NCBI GenBank assembly: GCA_963736335.1
Contig: CAVTOC010000005.1
Span: forward strand, 327,925-391,924
Source of the DNA: an uncultured Actinomycetes bacterium
Lineage (GTDB): Bacteria; Actinomycetota; UBA4738; HRBIN12
Direction: 5' to 3'
DNA: 64,000 nucleotides
Shown here piece by piece: positions 17,575-26,747 of this stretch (the stretch's first letter is position 1; the number at the start of each line of letters is the position of its first letter). The translations under genes and the position numbers were made by a program. The notes under the pieces were generated by a model. The model did not search any database, was not told the DNA's origin, and saw only the letters and a list, made by a program, of their open reading frames with translations.

Positions 17575-18584
17575 TGCTCGCCGCCGTCAACTTCTGGGGA
17601 ACCCAAGCCGCCCTGGCGCTGTCCATCGGACTCGCCACGGCCGCCGCGTTCCTGTTGGGCGTCATGCTGTTCGGAACCGCAAGCCGTCGCCGGCAGCAGA
17701 AGATCATCGGCGAGCGCATGGCGGCCGTGGGGAACCGGGGCAGGAAGGTGGCTCACGCCTCCTCGGTCGACCGTACGGCCGGCGGATGGATCCCCGCACG
17801 TGTCACCAACTTCGGACGTCGCTTCGCCGACGCTCGCGGATTCAGCGGACGGCTCGACGCCGAGCTCGAGGCGGCGGCGGTGAGCCTGCGATCGGGGGAG
17901 TTCGTCGTCGTGACGGTGGCAGCGGCCTTCGGCGGGATGCTCCTGGGCTTCGTGATCCTCGGGAGCCCGTGGCTCGCGCTCGGCGTGGGCGCGGTCTGCG
18001 CGCTCGGACCGACCGCCATGCTGAAGGTCACCTTGGGCCGCCGTGCCGACAAGCTCCGCGAACAGCTCCCGGATGTGCTCACCATCATGGCGAGCTCGCT
18101 CCGAGCCGGTCACAGCTTCCTCCAAGCGCTCGACACCACGGCGAAGGAGATCGCACAGCCCGCCGCCACCGAGTTCCAGCGCGTCGTCGCCGAGATCCGA
18201 CTGGGGCGGAGCGCCGAGGATGCGTTGGGAGCGCTCGCCGAGCGGGTCGGGAGTGAGGACTTCAAGTGGGCGGTCCTCGCCGTGAACATCCAGCGCGAGG
18301 TCGGTGGCAACCTGGCCGAGATCTTGGACAACGTCGCGGACACGCTTCGCGAACGCGCCACCATGCGCCGTCAGGTGCGTGTGCTGACGTCCGAGGGCCG
18401 TCTCTCCGCTTGGGTCCTCGCCCTGATGCCGTTCGGGATCGCGCTCTACATGTTCGGGGTCAACCGCGAATACATCATGTTGCTGTTCACGACGAAGGTC
18501 GGGCTCATGATGCTCGGCGGCGCCGGCCTGCTCCTGACTGCCGGGGTTCTGTGGATGCGGAAGATCGTGGACATCGATGTCTGA
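17574..18584 (+). CDS. tadB: TadB (type II secretion system F-family inner-membrane protein)
   Basis: 336 aa with the T2SSF pattern LPDVLTIMASSLRAGHSFLQAL...EIRLGRS...AL. TGATG overlap with cpaF. Confidence 0.85.
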   Translation: MLAAVNFWGTQAALALSIGLATAAAFLLGVMLFGTASRRRQQKIIGERMAAVGNRGRKVAHASSVDRTAGGWIPARVTNFGRRFADARGFSGRLDAELEAAAVSLRSGEFVVVTVAAAFGGMLLGFVILGSPWLALGVGAVCALGPTAMLKVTLGRRADKLREQLPDVLTIMASSLRAGHSFLQALDTTAKEIAQPAATEFQRVVAEIRLGRSAEDALGALAERVGSEDFKWAVLAVNIQREVGGNLAEILDNVADTLRERATMRRQVRVLTSEGRLSAWVLALMPFGIALYMFGVNREYIMLLFTTKVGLMMLGGAGLLLTAGVLWMRKIVDIDV

Positions 18585-19518
18585 GATCTGGCTCATTCTC
18601 GCGATCGGGTGTGTCTTCTTCACGGTGCTGCTCGTCGGATTCGCGTTGGATGCGTCCAGCACGGAACGCCAGCGTGCCGTCAGGCTGTTGGAGAATCAGG
18701 TCAGCGGTTCGCACAGCGTCGCGTCGGCCAACCTCCGGGAGCAGGAGCTCTCGCAGAGCTTCGGTCAGCGCGTGCTGGTGCCGTTCGTCGGAGGCGCGGG
18801 CCGGGTCGCCAGGCGTATCACGCCCCTCGACGCCCGAGACCGTGTGGCGAAGAAGCTCATGCTCGCCGGCAGCCCCGAAGGATGGGACGCCGAGCGGGTC
18901 ATCTCGTTCAAGGTGATCCTGGGGGGCGGGGCCTTCGTGGGCTCGCTCATCATCGCGCACATGCTGAACCTCCAGGGCCTGGCGTTCCTCGCATGCGTGA
19001 TCCTGCTCACGGTCGTCGGATTCCTCGTTCCCGATACGATCCTGGCCCGCAAGGTCGAAGAGCGGCAGCACGAGGTGCTCGGAACCCTCTCGGACACGCT
19101 GGACCTCCTGACGATCAGCGTCGAGGCGGGGCTCTCGCTCAACGCCGCGATCGCCCAGGTCGTCCAGAACGTTCCCGGGGTGCTGTCGCAGGAGTTCGCG
19201 CGGATGCTCCAGGAGATCCAGCTGGGCGTGCCACGGTCTGAGGCGTTCCGCCACCTGGCCGACCGGACGGACGTCGAAGAGCTGAACAGCTTCGCGCTCG
19301 CCATGATCCAGGCCGACGTCTTCGGTGTGAGCATCGCGAGCGTCCTGCGCACGCAGGCGAGTCAGCTCCGGATCAAGCGTCGTCAGACGGCCGAGGCGAA
19401 GGCGCAGCAGACGCCGGTCAAGATCGTCTTCCCGCTGATCCTGTGCATCCTGCCGGCCCTGTTCGTGATCATCATCGGGCCGGGCGCGATCCGCATCATG
19501 CAGAACCTGTTCCACTAG
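18577..19518 (+). CDS. tadC: TadC (type II secretion system F-family inner-membrane protein)
   Basis: 313 aa with LSDTLDLLTISVEAGLSLNAAI...EIQLGVPRSEAF. Overlaps the tadB end by 8 nt. Confidence 0.85.
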   Translation: MSEIWLILAIGCVFFTVLLVGFALDASSTERQRAVRLLENQVSGSHSVASANLREQELSQSFGQRVLVPFVGGAGRVARRITPLDARDRVAKKLMLAGSPEGWDAERVISFKVILGGGAFVGSLIIAHMLNLQGLAFLACVILLTVVGFLVPDTILARKVEERQHEVLGTLSDTLDLLTISVEAGLSLNAAIAQVVQNVPGVLSQEFARMLQEIQLGVPRSEAFRHLADRTDVEELNSFALAMIQADVFGVSIASVLRTQASQLRIKRRQTAEAKAQQTPVKIVFPLILCILPALFVIIIGPGAIRIMQNLFH

Positions 19519-19570
19519 ATCGCCGCACCGAGGCTCAAGGTCAGCCGGGGTCCCGGCCGATACCCAGAGC

Positions 19571-19723
19571 ATGCGGAGCCGGGAGCGCACCCAGGACAAG
19601 ATCCTCGAGGCGTTCGCCCGCGCCGTAGCCGCTGGAGAGATGCAGAAAGCCGAAGGTTGGCTCGCTCTCGCGGTCTGGTCCCAGGGGATCTCGGAGAAGG
19701 CGACCCCCGTTCCGGCCCGTTAG
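19571..19723 (+). CDS. candidate unannotated 50-aa ORF (hypothetical)
   Basis: ATG 19571 to TAG 19721-19723 encodes MRSRERTQDKILEAFARAVAAGEMQKAEGWLALAVWSQGISEKATPVPAR. Most third codon positions are G/C, as in real genes here. It is followed at once by the hairpin CCGAAC-CC-GTTCGG (19729-19742). It is below the size cut-off of the ORF track, and I recognise no homology. Confidence 0.25.
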   Translation: MRSRERTQDKILEAFARAVAAGEMQKAEGWLALAVWSQGISEKATPVPAR

Positions 19724-19775
19724 GACGACCGAACCCGTTCGGAGAACCGCCCAAAAGACATAAGTCCTTTGTCCA

Positions 19776-19805
19776 TTGCAGGGTCCCCCGCCCATGGCTT
19801 AGACT
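19776..19805 (+). promoter_or_regulatory. candidate sigma-A-type promoter for the 81-aa gene
   Basis: TTGCAG (19776-19781), an 18-nt spacer, then TAGACT (19800-19805, fits TANNNT), in the only AT-enriched patch of the tadC-downstream spacer. It lies about 55 nt upstream of ATG 19860. Confidence 0.3.
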
Positions 19806-19859
19806 CGCGCCTGTCCGGATGGTCCATTCGGGCCATGTGGATCGAGAGAAAGGCGTGAC

Positions 19860-20105
19860 ATGAAGCGCACCGGGTTCCTGTTGGCCAGCGCGATGGCCTT
19901 CGTCGTGTGCCTGGCCGTTCCAGCGCTCGCCTCCAGTGGTTCCTCCCTGCCGCACAACCCGGGTGGCCCCGGTGTCAGTGGCGCGGGCGGCACCGCCTTC
20001 ACGGGCGCGAACGTACAGATGACCTTCGTGTACCTGATCGGGTTCCTCGTGGTTGGTGCGTTGGCGGTCTACTTCGGCCGTCGTCGCAGCCTCGCCACGC
20101 GCTAG
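19860..20105 (+). CDS. small secreted protein with C-terminal sorting-signal-like tail (hypothetical)
   Basis: Signal peptide MKRTGFLLASAMAFVVCLAVPALA|SS, a Gly/Pro-rich mature part of about 25 aa, then TAFTGAN + hydrophobic FVYLIGFLVVGALAVYF + GRRRS. GAGAGAAAGG RBS. Confidence 0.55.
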   Translation: MKRTGFLLASAMAFVVCLAVPALASSGSSLPHNPGGPGVSGAGGTAFTGANVQMTFVYLIGFLVVGALAVYFGRRRSLATR

Positions 20106-20123
20106 AACGCGATCGAGTCACTT

Positions 20124-20149
20124 CAGAACAGGCCCCACGGGGCCTGTTC
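20124..20149. terminator. bidirectional terminator-like hairpin between convergent genes
   Basis: AGAACAGGCCCC-AC-GGGGCCTGTTCT, perfect 12-nt arms (effectively an 11-bp stem with a 4-nt loop). It lies between the stop at 20105 (+) and the stop at 20180 (-). Confidence 0.6.
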
Positions 20150-20179
20150 TTCCACGTCCGGCACCTTCCGAGAACCATG

Positions 20180-22162
20180 TCACTGTGTGATGTGGAGCAG
20201 GTTCCTCCAGATCCGGATCGGGAGTGACGGGGCGAACGATACCTGCAGGTCGATATCGCCCGACGGCGTACCGTCGTAGACCACCCGATCGCCATCACGG
20301 GTCAACGGCGCGTCGACCGACGTGAACCGCATCCCTGCCGGCGGCGCGATGCTCACGCGCAGCCGGGTCGGGATGATCGTGGTCTGTCCGACGAAGCTCA
20401 ATCGATAGGTGCCGCCTCGATCGTCGCCGTCCCACGCTTGCGTCAGGACGAGATCGGCGGTGATGGTCGTCGTCTCGCCGGATGGCGTGCGCACGTAATC
20501 CTCGAAGTAGGGGTACCCGCCGGACCGATGGCGGGACAGTTCGACCGGTTTCCCCCCACGTGTGGCGCTTTCGAGCCCGCACAGCATGTCGCAGTAGAGG
20601 TCGACCACCGCCACGTTCTCGCCCGGCTGTGTGGAGAAATGCTTGTAGGGCCCGATCACGTAGGGCGGGAATCCCGAGGTCGGGGAGTCGTTCTCGAGGT
20701 CGACCGTGAGTGCTGCGCTCGCGGTACCCCCGCCGCCCAGCCGTACGTCGTAGGAGACGGTTCGCTTCTGGTAGTAGTCGAGTTTGGTGCCGGAGGCGCT
20801 GTTCGTCACGACGGATATGGCGTCGGTTCCGGAGGGGTGGAACGCGCCGCCGACGGTGGTCATCGCGAGCGCCCGCTGCATCCCCGGATCGACGCTCCAG
20901 GCCAACACATGTCCGTCGTCGAACGCATGGAGCAGCGCATGCAGCTTGGCTTGGGCATCGCCCTTCTGTGCCAGGAAGCCGCCCAGGACGGCTTGCGCGA
21001 CCCGTCCCAGTACGAGCTTCCGCTCCGCCGCCGTGTCGAACAGGGCGTACGCTTGATTCGAGACGAACGGGACGATGTTCTTGTCCGTGAGCTCGATCCC
21101 GGTCGAGCCGACCTCCACCGGGTCGGTTACATGCATCAGCGCCTTCAGAGCGAACGGATCGGCAACCACGACCCCGTCGAGGTTGTCGCCGGTGGCGGCT
21201 TCGTACGTGAGCCAGAGCGCGTCCGCGGCTTGGGGGAAGTCCGGCGTCATGTTCGTGTCGACCCAGAGGCCGAGACCCGACCGGTAGAAGTCCCAGTTGT
21301 CCGAGTACTCCTGAGAAGGAGACGGAACAGTGTTCACGTTGGGGCGGGGCAGCGATTCGATCGGCCGGAAGTCGGAGAAGCTGAACCTCCCGCGGTCCAT
21401 CGTGAGGATCGCGTAGGCGCCGATCAGTCCCCCCGTTCCTCGAAGCTCTGCGGGATTCGACGCCCCGAACAGGTAGTGGCGCGGCCCGTCTGCACCCAGG
21501 AACGCGGGCAAGCCGTCGAGGATCGACGAGCCGGCGTGCAGCTGTCGATGCAGCGTCTCCAGCTGTGCCTGGGCCTCCGAACGCGCGGAGTCGACGGGGG
21601 CCAGAACCATTCGCGTCGGAGCATCCTCCAGCGTCTGGAGCGCCTGCCCCGTCAGCTCGTCGGCTCGTGCGGTGGCTTCCGTCAACCCCGCCAAACGGTC
21701 GATCGGGATACCCGCGTCGGTGGGAGCGAGGGCACCCAGTCCGCCAGGGAGTTCGGCGACAGCGTCGGCGATCCCGCCGGCCGCATCGGCCGTCTTCAGG
21801 CCGGCATCCGCGACCGCTCGGACCACGTCCGGCGTGTTCCCCACGACCGGGAGCGCACCGGCGATCGAGAGCCAGATCGACCGCGCCCCGTCGGCCCCGG
21901 CACGGAACGCCTCGTGCGCGTCGTCGAATTCGCTCTGAGCCGCTGCCGCGTCGCCGTCGACGAGGTCGGACTTGCCTCGATCGAGCGCGTCGCGGCCATC
22001 GAGCAGGTGCCGTCGGACGCCGAGCGCGGAGATCCCCGCCAGAACGAGCACCGCGAAGAGCGCCACCACGAGCATCGCGACGACCGCCCACACCAGCCGG
22101 CGCCCGCCCCTGGGGGACGGCACCGTCGTGCGCCGAGTGATGGGTTCGTCGGAGGTCTTCAT
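20180..22162 (-). CDS. DUF4012 domain-containing membrane-anchored protein
   Basis: 660 aa with an N-terminal TM (LVWAVVAMLVVALFAVLVLAGI). Then GRDALDRGKSDLVDGD...AQSEFDDAHEAF...LPVVGNT...HYLFGASNPAELRGTGGLIGAYA, which matches my memory of the actinobacterial DUF4012 family. Confidence 0.8.
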   Translation of the reverse strand: MKTSDEPITRRTTVPSPRGGRRLVWAVVAMLVVALFAVLVLAGISALGVRRHLLDGRDALDRGKSDLVDGDAAAAQSEFDDAHEAFRAGADGARSIWLSIAGALPVVGNTPDVVRAVADAGLKTADAAGGIADAVAELPGGLGALAPTDAGIPIDRLAGLTEATARADELTGQALQTLEDAPTRMVLAPVDSARSEAQAQLETLHRQLHAGSSILDGLPAFLGADGPRHYLFGASNPAELRGTGGLIGAYAILTMDRGRFSFSDFRPIESLPRPNVNTVPSPSQEYSDNWDFYRSGLGLWVDTNMTPDFPQAADALWLTYEAATGDNLDGVVVADPFALKALMHVTDPVEVGSTGIELTDKNIVPFVSNQAYALFDTAAERKLVLGRVAQAVLGGFLAQKGDAQAKLHALLHAFDDGHVLAWSVDPGMQRALAMTTVGGAFHPSGTDAISVVTNSASGTKLDYYQKRTVSYDVRLGGGGTASAALTVDLENDSPTSGFPPYVIGPYKHFSTQPGENVAVVDLYCDMLCGLESATRGGKPVELSRHRSGGYPYFEDYVRTPSGETTTITADLVLTQAWDGDDRGGTYRLSFVGQTTIIPTRLRVSIAPPAGMRFTSVDAPLTRDGDRVVYDGTPSGDIDLQVSFAPSLPIRIWRNLLHITQ

Positions 22163-22275
22163 GTCGGTCGTGGCCGCGATCCGATCAGGACCGGCGGATG
22201 CGGTCCACGGTAACAGGCATCACGTGTTCCATCGGTGAGGAAGCGGCCGGTGGGCCGCTGCTACCCTCTGCCTCC

Positions 22276-23097
22276 ATGAAGGTGGCCTACCAGGGCGAAC
22301 CGGGCGCATACAGCGAGCGCGCGGTCGGGTCGCTCTTCCCCGACGCGGAGCCGTTGCCCTGTGCCACGGTCCGGCTCGTGTTCTCGCGGGTGACGAGCGG
22401 CGAGGCCGCGTTCGGTGTCGTTCCGCTCGAGAACTCGCAAGCCGGTTCGGTCAACGAGACGTACGAGCTCCTGCTGCACACGAACCTCCTTCGGATGGTG
22501 GGTGAGACGGTCGTTCGCGTCGATCACGCCCTGCTCGGCCGCCCGGGCGTTCGACTCGAGGCGATCCGCCGGGCACATTCGCACTGGCAGGCGCTCGCGC
22601 AATGCGAGGAGTTCCTGTCGTCGCTCCGGATCGAACCGGTCCCGGTGCATGACACGGCCGGTGCGGCGCGCATGATCGCCGAGACCGGGAGCGACGAGGA
22701 CGCGGCGATCGCCAGCGTCGAGGCGGGCGCGCGGTTCGGTCTGGCCGTCCTGGCCGAACGCATCCAGTCCGAGAAGGAGAACTTCACCAAGTTCGCGGTG
22801 ATCGGCTCCGCCGACCCCGGGTTGGGGTCCAGCGACAAGACCTCACTCGTGATGGCGGTCCTCGACCAACCCGGCTCGCTGCTGGGGGCCCTGCAGCCGC
22901 TCGCGGCCCGCGGGATCAACCTCCACAAGCTCGAGTCGCGTCCCATGCGCGGGAAGCCGTTCGAGTACGTCATCTACGTCGACGTGATGGTCGCGGGCGA
23001 CGACCCCGGGTTGGCAGAGGCCCTGGAGGAGATGGCCGGTCACACGTCCATGCTCCGCGTGCTCGGCTCGTACCGTGCGGCTCCCGACCCTGCGTAG
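22276..23097 (+). CDS. pheA: prephenate dehydratase
   Basis: MKVAYQGEPGAYSE...VVPLENSQAGSV...TKFAVIG (PDT domain) plus ACT domain TSLVMAV...NLHKLESRPMRGKPFEYVIYVD. Confidence 0.9.
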   Translation: MKVAYQGEPGAYSERAVGSLFPDAEPLPCATVRLVFSRVTSGEAAFGVVPLENSQAGSVNETYELLLHTNLLRMVGETVVRVDHALLGRPGVRLEAIRRAHSHWQALAQCEEFLSSLRIEPVPVHDTAGAARMIAETGSDEDAAIASVEAGARFGLAVLAERIQSEKENFTKFAVIGSADPGLGSSDKTSLVMAVLDQPGSLLGALQPLAARGINLHKLESRPMRGKPFEYVIYVDVMVAGDDPGLAEALEEMAGHTSMLRVLGSYRAAPDPA

Positions 23098-23120
23098 CCG
23101 TTGCTGCACGCGCCCATAGG

Positions 23121-24716
23121 ATGTCCCGCATGGGTCGGAACTCCCCACGACACGCCGCTCGCGCGAAGGTTCCGTTCCCCGCCGTCGTGTTCGCGTTGTT
23201 GCTGGGCGTCGCGGCGGTGATGGCGTGGCGGGCATGGGGATCGGGCTCAGAGAGTCGTGCATCGAAGGCGGATCCGACGGTCCAGCCGTCCGTGGGCACA
23301 TCCCCGTCGACCGTCCCGTCGGCATCGCCGGTCTCGCCCGCCCCGCGATCGCCCTCGCGGAGCGTGCAGACCCCCGGCCCGATCAACACGGCGTTCCCGG
23401 GGATCACGACGTTCCGGGGGAACGCGACGCGGGACTACTACGGCGAGGGGCCGATCCCGCGGCACCCGGTGATCCGCTGGAGCTATCCGACGACCGGGGC
23501 GCTTTGCTCGTCGTCCACCGACCCTGCGGGAACGCGCGTCTGGTGCGGGACCGGGTGGACGGGGCAGCCGAACGTGATCGTGCACGACGACGGGTCGATC
23601 GAGATCCGCGAAGGCGCGTACGACGGGAACTACCACTTCCTGAACGGCCGGACCGGACGGCCGATCCGGCCGGATCTGGTCACCGGCGACCTCGCGAAGG
23701 GATCGGCGACGTCGGATCCGGACGGGTACCCGCTGTACTACGCGGGCTCGCGCGACAACCTGTTCCGCATCGTCGCCATGGACCGTCCGAGCCCGACCGT
23801 GCTGTGGTCCATCAACGCGGAGACCACCGTGCCGCGGCCCCTGTGGAACAACGACTGGGACGGGGCGGCGCTCGTGCTTGGCGACTACATGGTGGAAGGC
23901 GGGGAGAACAGCTGGCTCTACGTCGTGAAGCTGAACCGTGGCTACGACAAGGACGGGAAGGTGACCGTCGATCCCAAGATCGTGGCGACGATCCCGGGCT
24001 TCGACGACCAACTCTTGGCAGACATCGGCGATGACGAGGTGTCGATCGAGAACTCCGTCGCGTTCCGCGACGGGATCGTCTACTTCGCCAACTCCGGCGG
24101 TCTCGTGCAGGGATGGGACATCTCGGACCTCCTCAACGGCGGCGACACGTACCACCGGGTCTTCCGGTTCTGGACGGGCGACGACACCGACGCGTCGGTC
24201 GTCATCGACCGCGCGGGCTTCCTCTATGTCGCGAGCGAGTACCAACGGTTCAACGAACAGAGCCAACGCCTGGGGCAGCTGATGAAGCTGGATCCCTCCA
24301 AGCCGAACGACCCGATCGTGTGGTCGATCCCCGCGCCGGAGATCGGGTTCGAGGGGGCGGGCGGGAGCTGGTCCACGCCGGCGCTCTACGGCGAGTACGT
24401 GTACTTCACGACGGCCGCGGGCCGCGTTCTCGAGGTGGACAGAGCGAGCGGGAAGATCGTGTGGGAGTTGTCGATCGGCTCCCCGGCGATCGCGTCTCCA
24501 GTCGTCGTCGACGGGGTGCTGATCCAAGGCGATTGCACCGGCGCGCTGTACGCGTGGGATGTCTCTTCGCCGCGGAAGAAGCCGCGGCAGCTCTGGAAGA
24601 TGCAGTTCGGCGGCTGCGTGGAGTCGACGCCCGCGGTGTGGCACGGCTGGCTGTACGTGGGGACGCGTCTGGGCCAGATCTACGGCATCGCCGACCCGGT
24701 GAGGAAAGAGCCCTAG
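23121..24716 (+). CDS. membrane-anchored PQQ-like beta-propeller repeat protein (BamB-like fold)
   Basis: N-terminal TM VVFALLLGVAAVMAW, a Ser/Pro-rich linker, then repeated propeller blades (SPVVVDGVLIQGDCTGALYAWD, STPAVWHGWLYVGTRLGQIYGI). Confidence 0.75.
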   Translation: MSRMGRNSPRHAARAKVPFPAVVFALLLGVAAVMAWRAWGSGSESRASKADPTVQPSVGTSPSTVPSASPVSPAPRSPSRSVQTPGPINTAFPGITTFRGNATRDYYGEGPIPRHPVIRWSYPTTGALCSSSTDPAGTRVWCGTGWTGQPNVIVHDDGSIEIREGAYDGNYHFLNGRTGRPIRPDLVTGDLAKGSATSDPDGYPLYYAGSRDNLFRIVAMDRPSPTVLWSINAETTVPRPLWNNDWDGAALVLGDYMVEGGENSWLYVVKLNRGYDKDGKVTVDPKIVATIPGFDDQLLADIGDDEVSIENSVAFRDGIVYFANSGGLVQGWDISDLLNGGDTYHRVFRFWTGDDTDASVVIDRAGFLYVASEYQRFNEQSQRLGQLMKLDPSKPNDPIVWSIPAPEIGFEGAGGSWSTPALYGEYVYFTTAAGRVLEVDRASGKIVWELSIGSPAIASPVVVDGVLIQGDCTGALYAWDVSSPRKKPRQLWKMQFGGCVESTPAVWHGWLYVGTRLGQIYGIADPVRKEP

Positions 24717-25675
24717 AACACCGAGGGGAACTCGGCGTGGACCTGGGATGTGTGCCAGACGACCAGACCCCACGCGACCGCGAACAGGCCGGCGAAGCCC
24801 ACGACGAGGATCGTCCTCCTGGACGACGCGGAGCCGACGCCCTCCGCCGCGAACCCGGCGAACAGTCCGGCGAGGAAGCCGCCGACGTGCGCGCGCCAGT
24901 CGATGCCTTGGATCGAGAAGGCGAGGACCATGTTGATCACGACGAGCGTGACCGCGGCACGGAGCCGAGCCGCGGCGATCGCCAGGTGCCGCCGACGGTA
25001 GTTGTACGTCACGAAGGCCCCGAAGATCCCGAAGATGGCTCCCGACGCGCCGACCGCGGGCACCGTCAGCGGCCCGAACGCGTATGAGGCGGCGCTCGCG
25101 ACGAGCCCGGTGGAGAAGTAGATCAACAGCAGTCGGAGACTGCCCAGCTCCTGCTCCACGACCGTGCCGAAGATCCACAACGCGTACGCGTTGAAGGCGA
25201 TGTGGAGCAAGCCGGCGTGCAGGAACATCGACGAGACGAGGCGCCATTCCTGCCCGGCGGCGATGCCCACCAGATCGCCGTTCGGGAGTTGCGCGAGGCC
25301 GATCGATGCGCCGAGGTTGATCAGCTTCAGTCCCGACGGGCCCGTCATGAACGAACCGGGGCCGCCGACGATGACCTCGACCAGGTACATCGCGCCGATC
25401 ATCGCCAGCAGCAGCATGGTGGCCGAGGCGTGCCTGCGGACGTTGGCCGCAGCGATCCTTCGTCCCGGGCCCTGGCGGAACTCCCGGCGAGCCTCGGCGA
25501 CACAGTCGGGACACTGATGCCCGACGGGCGCCGGGATCATGCATTCGGGACAGATGGGCTTGCCGCACCTGGTGCAGTGCACGCCCGTCTCGACGTTGGG
25601 GTGCCGGTAGCAGTACTCGGGCAGGCCTGTAGCGGGAGGCGGCGGAAGGCTCGTTTCGTCCATGTGGACGGCCAT
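24713..25675 (-). CDS. rhomboid-family intramembrane serine protease with N-terminal zinc ribbon
   Basis: CYRHP...HCTRCGKPICPECM (Zn ribbon), HAGLLHIAFNAYALW, catalytic GASGAIFG and HVGGFLAG. Confidence 0.9.
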   Translation of the reverse strand: MAVHMDETSLPPPPATGLPEYCYRHPNVETGVHCTRCGKPICPECMIPAPVGHQCPDCVAEARREFRQGPGRRIAAANVRRHASATMLLLAMIGAMYLVEVIVGGPGSFMTGPSGLKLINLGASIGLAQLPNGDLVGIAAGQEWRLVSSMFLHAGLLHIAFNAYALWIFGTVVEQELGSLRLLLIYFSTGLVASAASYAFGPLTVPAVGASGAIFGIFGAFVTYNYRRRHLAIAAARLRAAVTLVVINMVLAFSIQGIDWRAHVGGFLAGLFAGFAAEGVGSASSRRTILVVGFAGLFAVAWGLVVWHTSQVHAEFPSVF

Positions 25676-25719
25676 GGTACGGGGATGCGGCGAGAGGGAC
25701 GGGTCCGGCGCCTCAGCAG

Positions 25720-26693
25720 CTAGCTGCCGACGTGGGGATCGTGCTCGTGCGGGTCGACGTGGACCATCGCGTCGCCGAGGCGGGGAACGTCGTGCAGGAG
25801 CGCCCCGCGCACACGCTCGGCGATGTCGTGCCCCGCCTCCACGGAGATGTCCGGAGACACGTCGATCGCGAGCTCGGCGCGGAGCTGATGTCCCACCCAG
25901 CGCGCTCGCGCCTCCGACACGTGTTCAACGCCCGCGACGGCGGCGGCGGACGTCTCGATCAGGCGCATGGTGGGTTCGTCGATCCCGTCGAGCACCCGGC
26001 GGAAGACGGTGCCGGCGGCCGAGACCAACGTGTATCCGATCGCCACGGTGATCATGAGCCCCACGATCGCGTCGGATCGAGGGAAGCCGCCAGCACACCG
26101 AGGGCGCCGACGACGACCCCGAGCGAGGTCAACCCGTCGGCTCGAGCGTGCGAGCCGTCCGCGACGAGGGCCGCCGAGCCGATGGTTCGGCCCACTCGCA
26201 TCCGGTAGATGGCGACGGCTTCGTTGCCGAGGAAGCCGATCACGCCCGCGATCAGCACCACCCAGACGTGATCGATGGGCGCCGGGTGCCGGAGCCGTTC
26301 GATCACCTCGAACGCCGCGAGGACGGCGGACGCGCCGATCATGCCCACGATGGCCAGCCCCGCGACGTCTTCCGCGCGGTGGTAGCCGTAGGTGTAGCGG
26401 TGGTTCGCGGGCCTGCGCCCCAGCCGGAACGCGATGAGCAGCGGCACCGCGGTGAGCGCGTCGGTGAAGTTGTGGATCGTGTCGGCCAGGAGCGCGACCG
26501 ATCCGGTCAGGATGACGACGATGGCCTGTGCGACGGCGGTCGCGGCCAGCACGGCCAGGGAGATCCACGTCGCCCGCACGCCCTGGGCGGTCGCGAGGAG
26601 CGCGGAGTCGGCCGTGCCGAGATGCTCGTGTCGGTGCTCGTGGGGAGGTTCGCGGTGCTGGTCAGGGGTCGGCACGTCCGGGCTCACCGTCAC
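25720..26693 (-). pseudogene. cation diffusion facilitator (CDF) transporter split by an apparent 1-nt deletion
   Basis: The N-terminal TM domain (ALLADTIHNFTDALT...HARADGLTSLGVVVGALGVLAA) ends in one frame at 26052. The rest (GFPRSDAIVGLMITVAIGY... plus a cytoplasmic domain ending HVDPHEHDPHVGS) continues in another frame. The junction is at about 26086-26091 (ctggcg/gcttcc, where gcNggc is expected). Confidence 0.8.
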
Positions 26694-26747
26694 CCCTCGC
26701 TGGTAGCCAGTCCCGGGAGACGATCCAGGCTTTCGGGGCTGCTGCGC

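Noticed and set aside
19944-19961. LPHNPG in the 81-aa protein as a possible LPXTG sorting motif
   Set aside because: It lacks the Thr-Gly pair and lies about 20 residues before the hydrophobic segment. The TAFTG sequence directly preceding the helix is the better, though still non-canonical, candidate.
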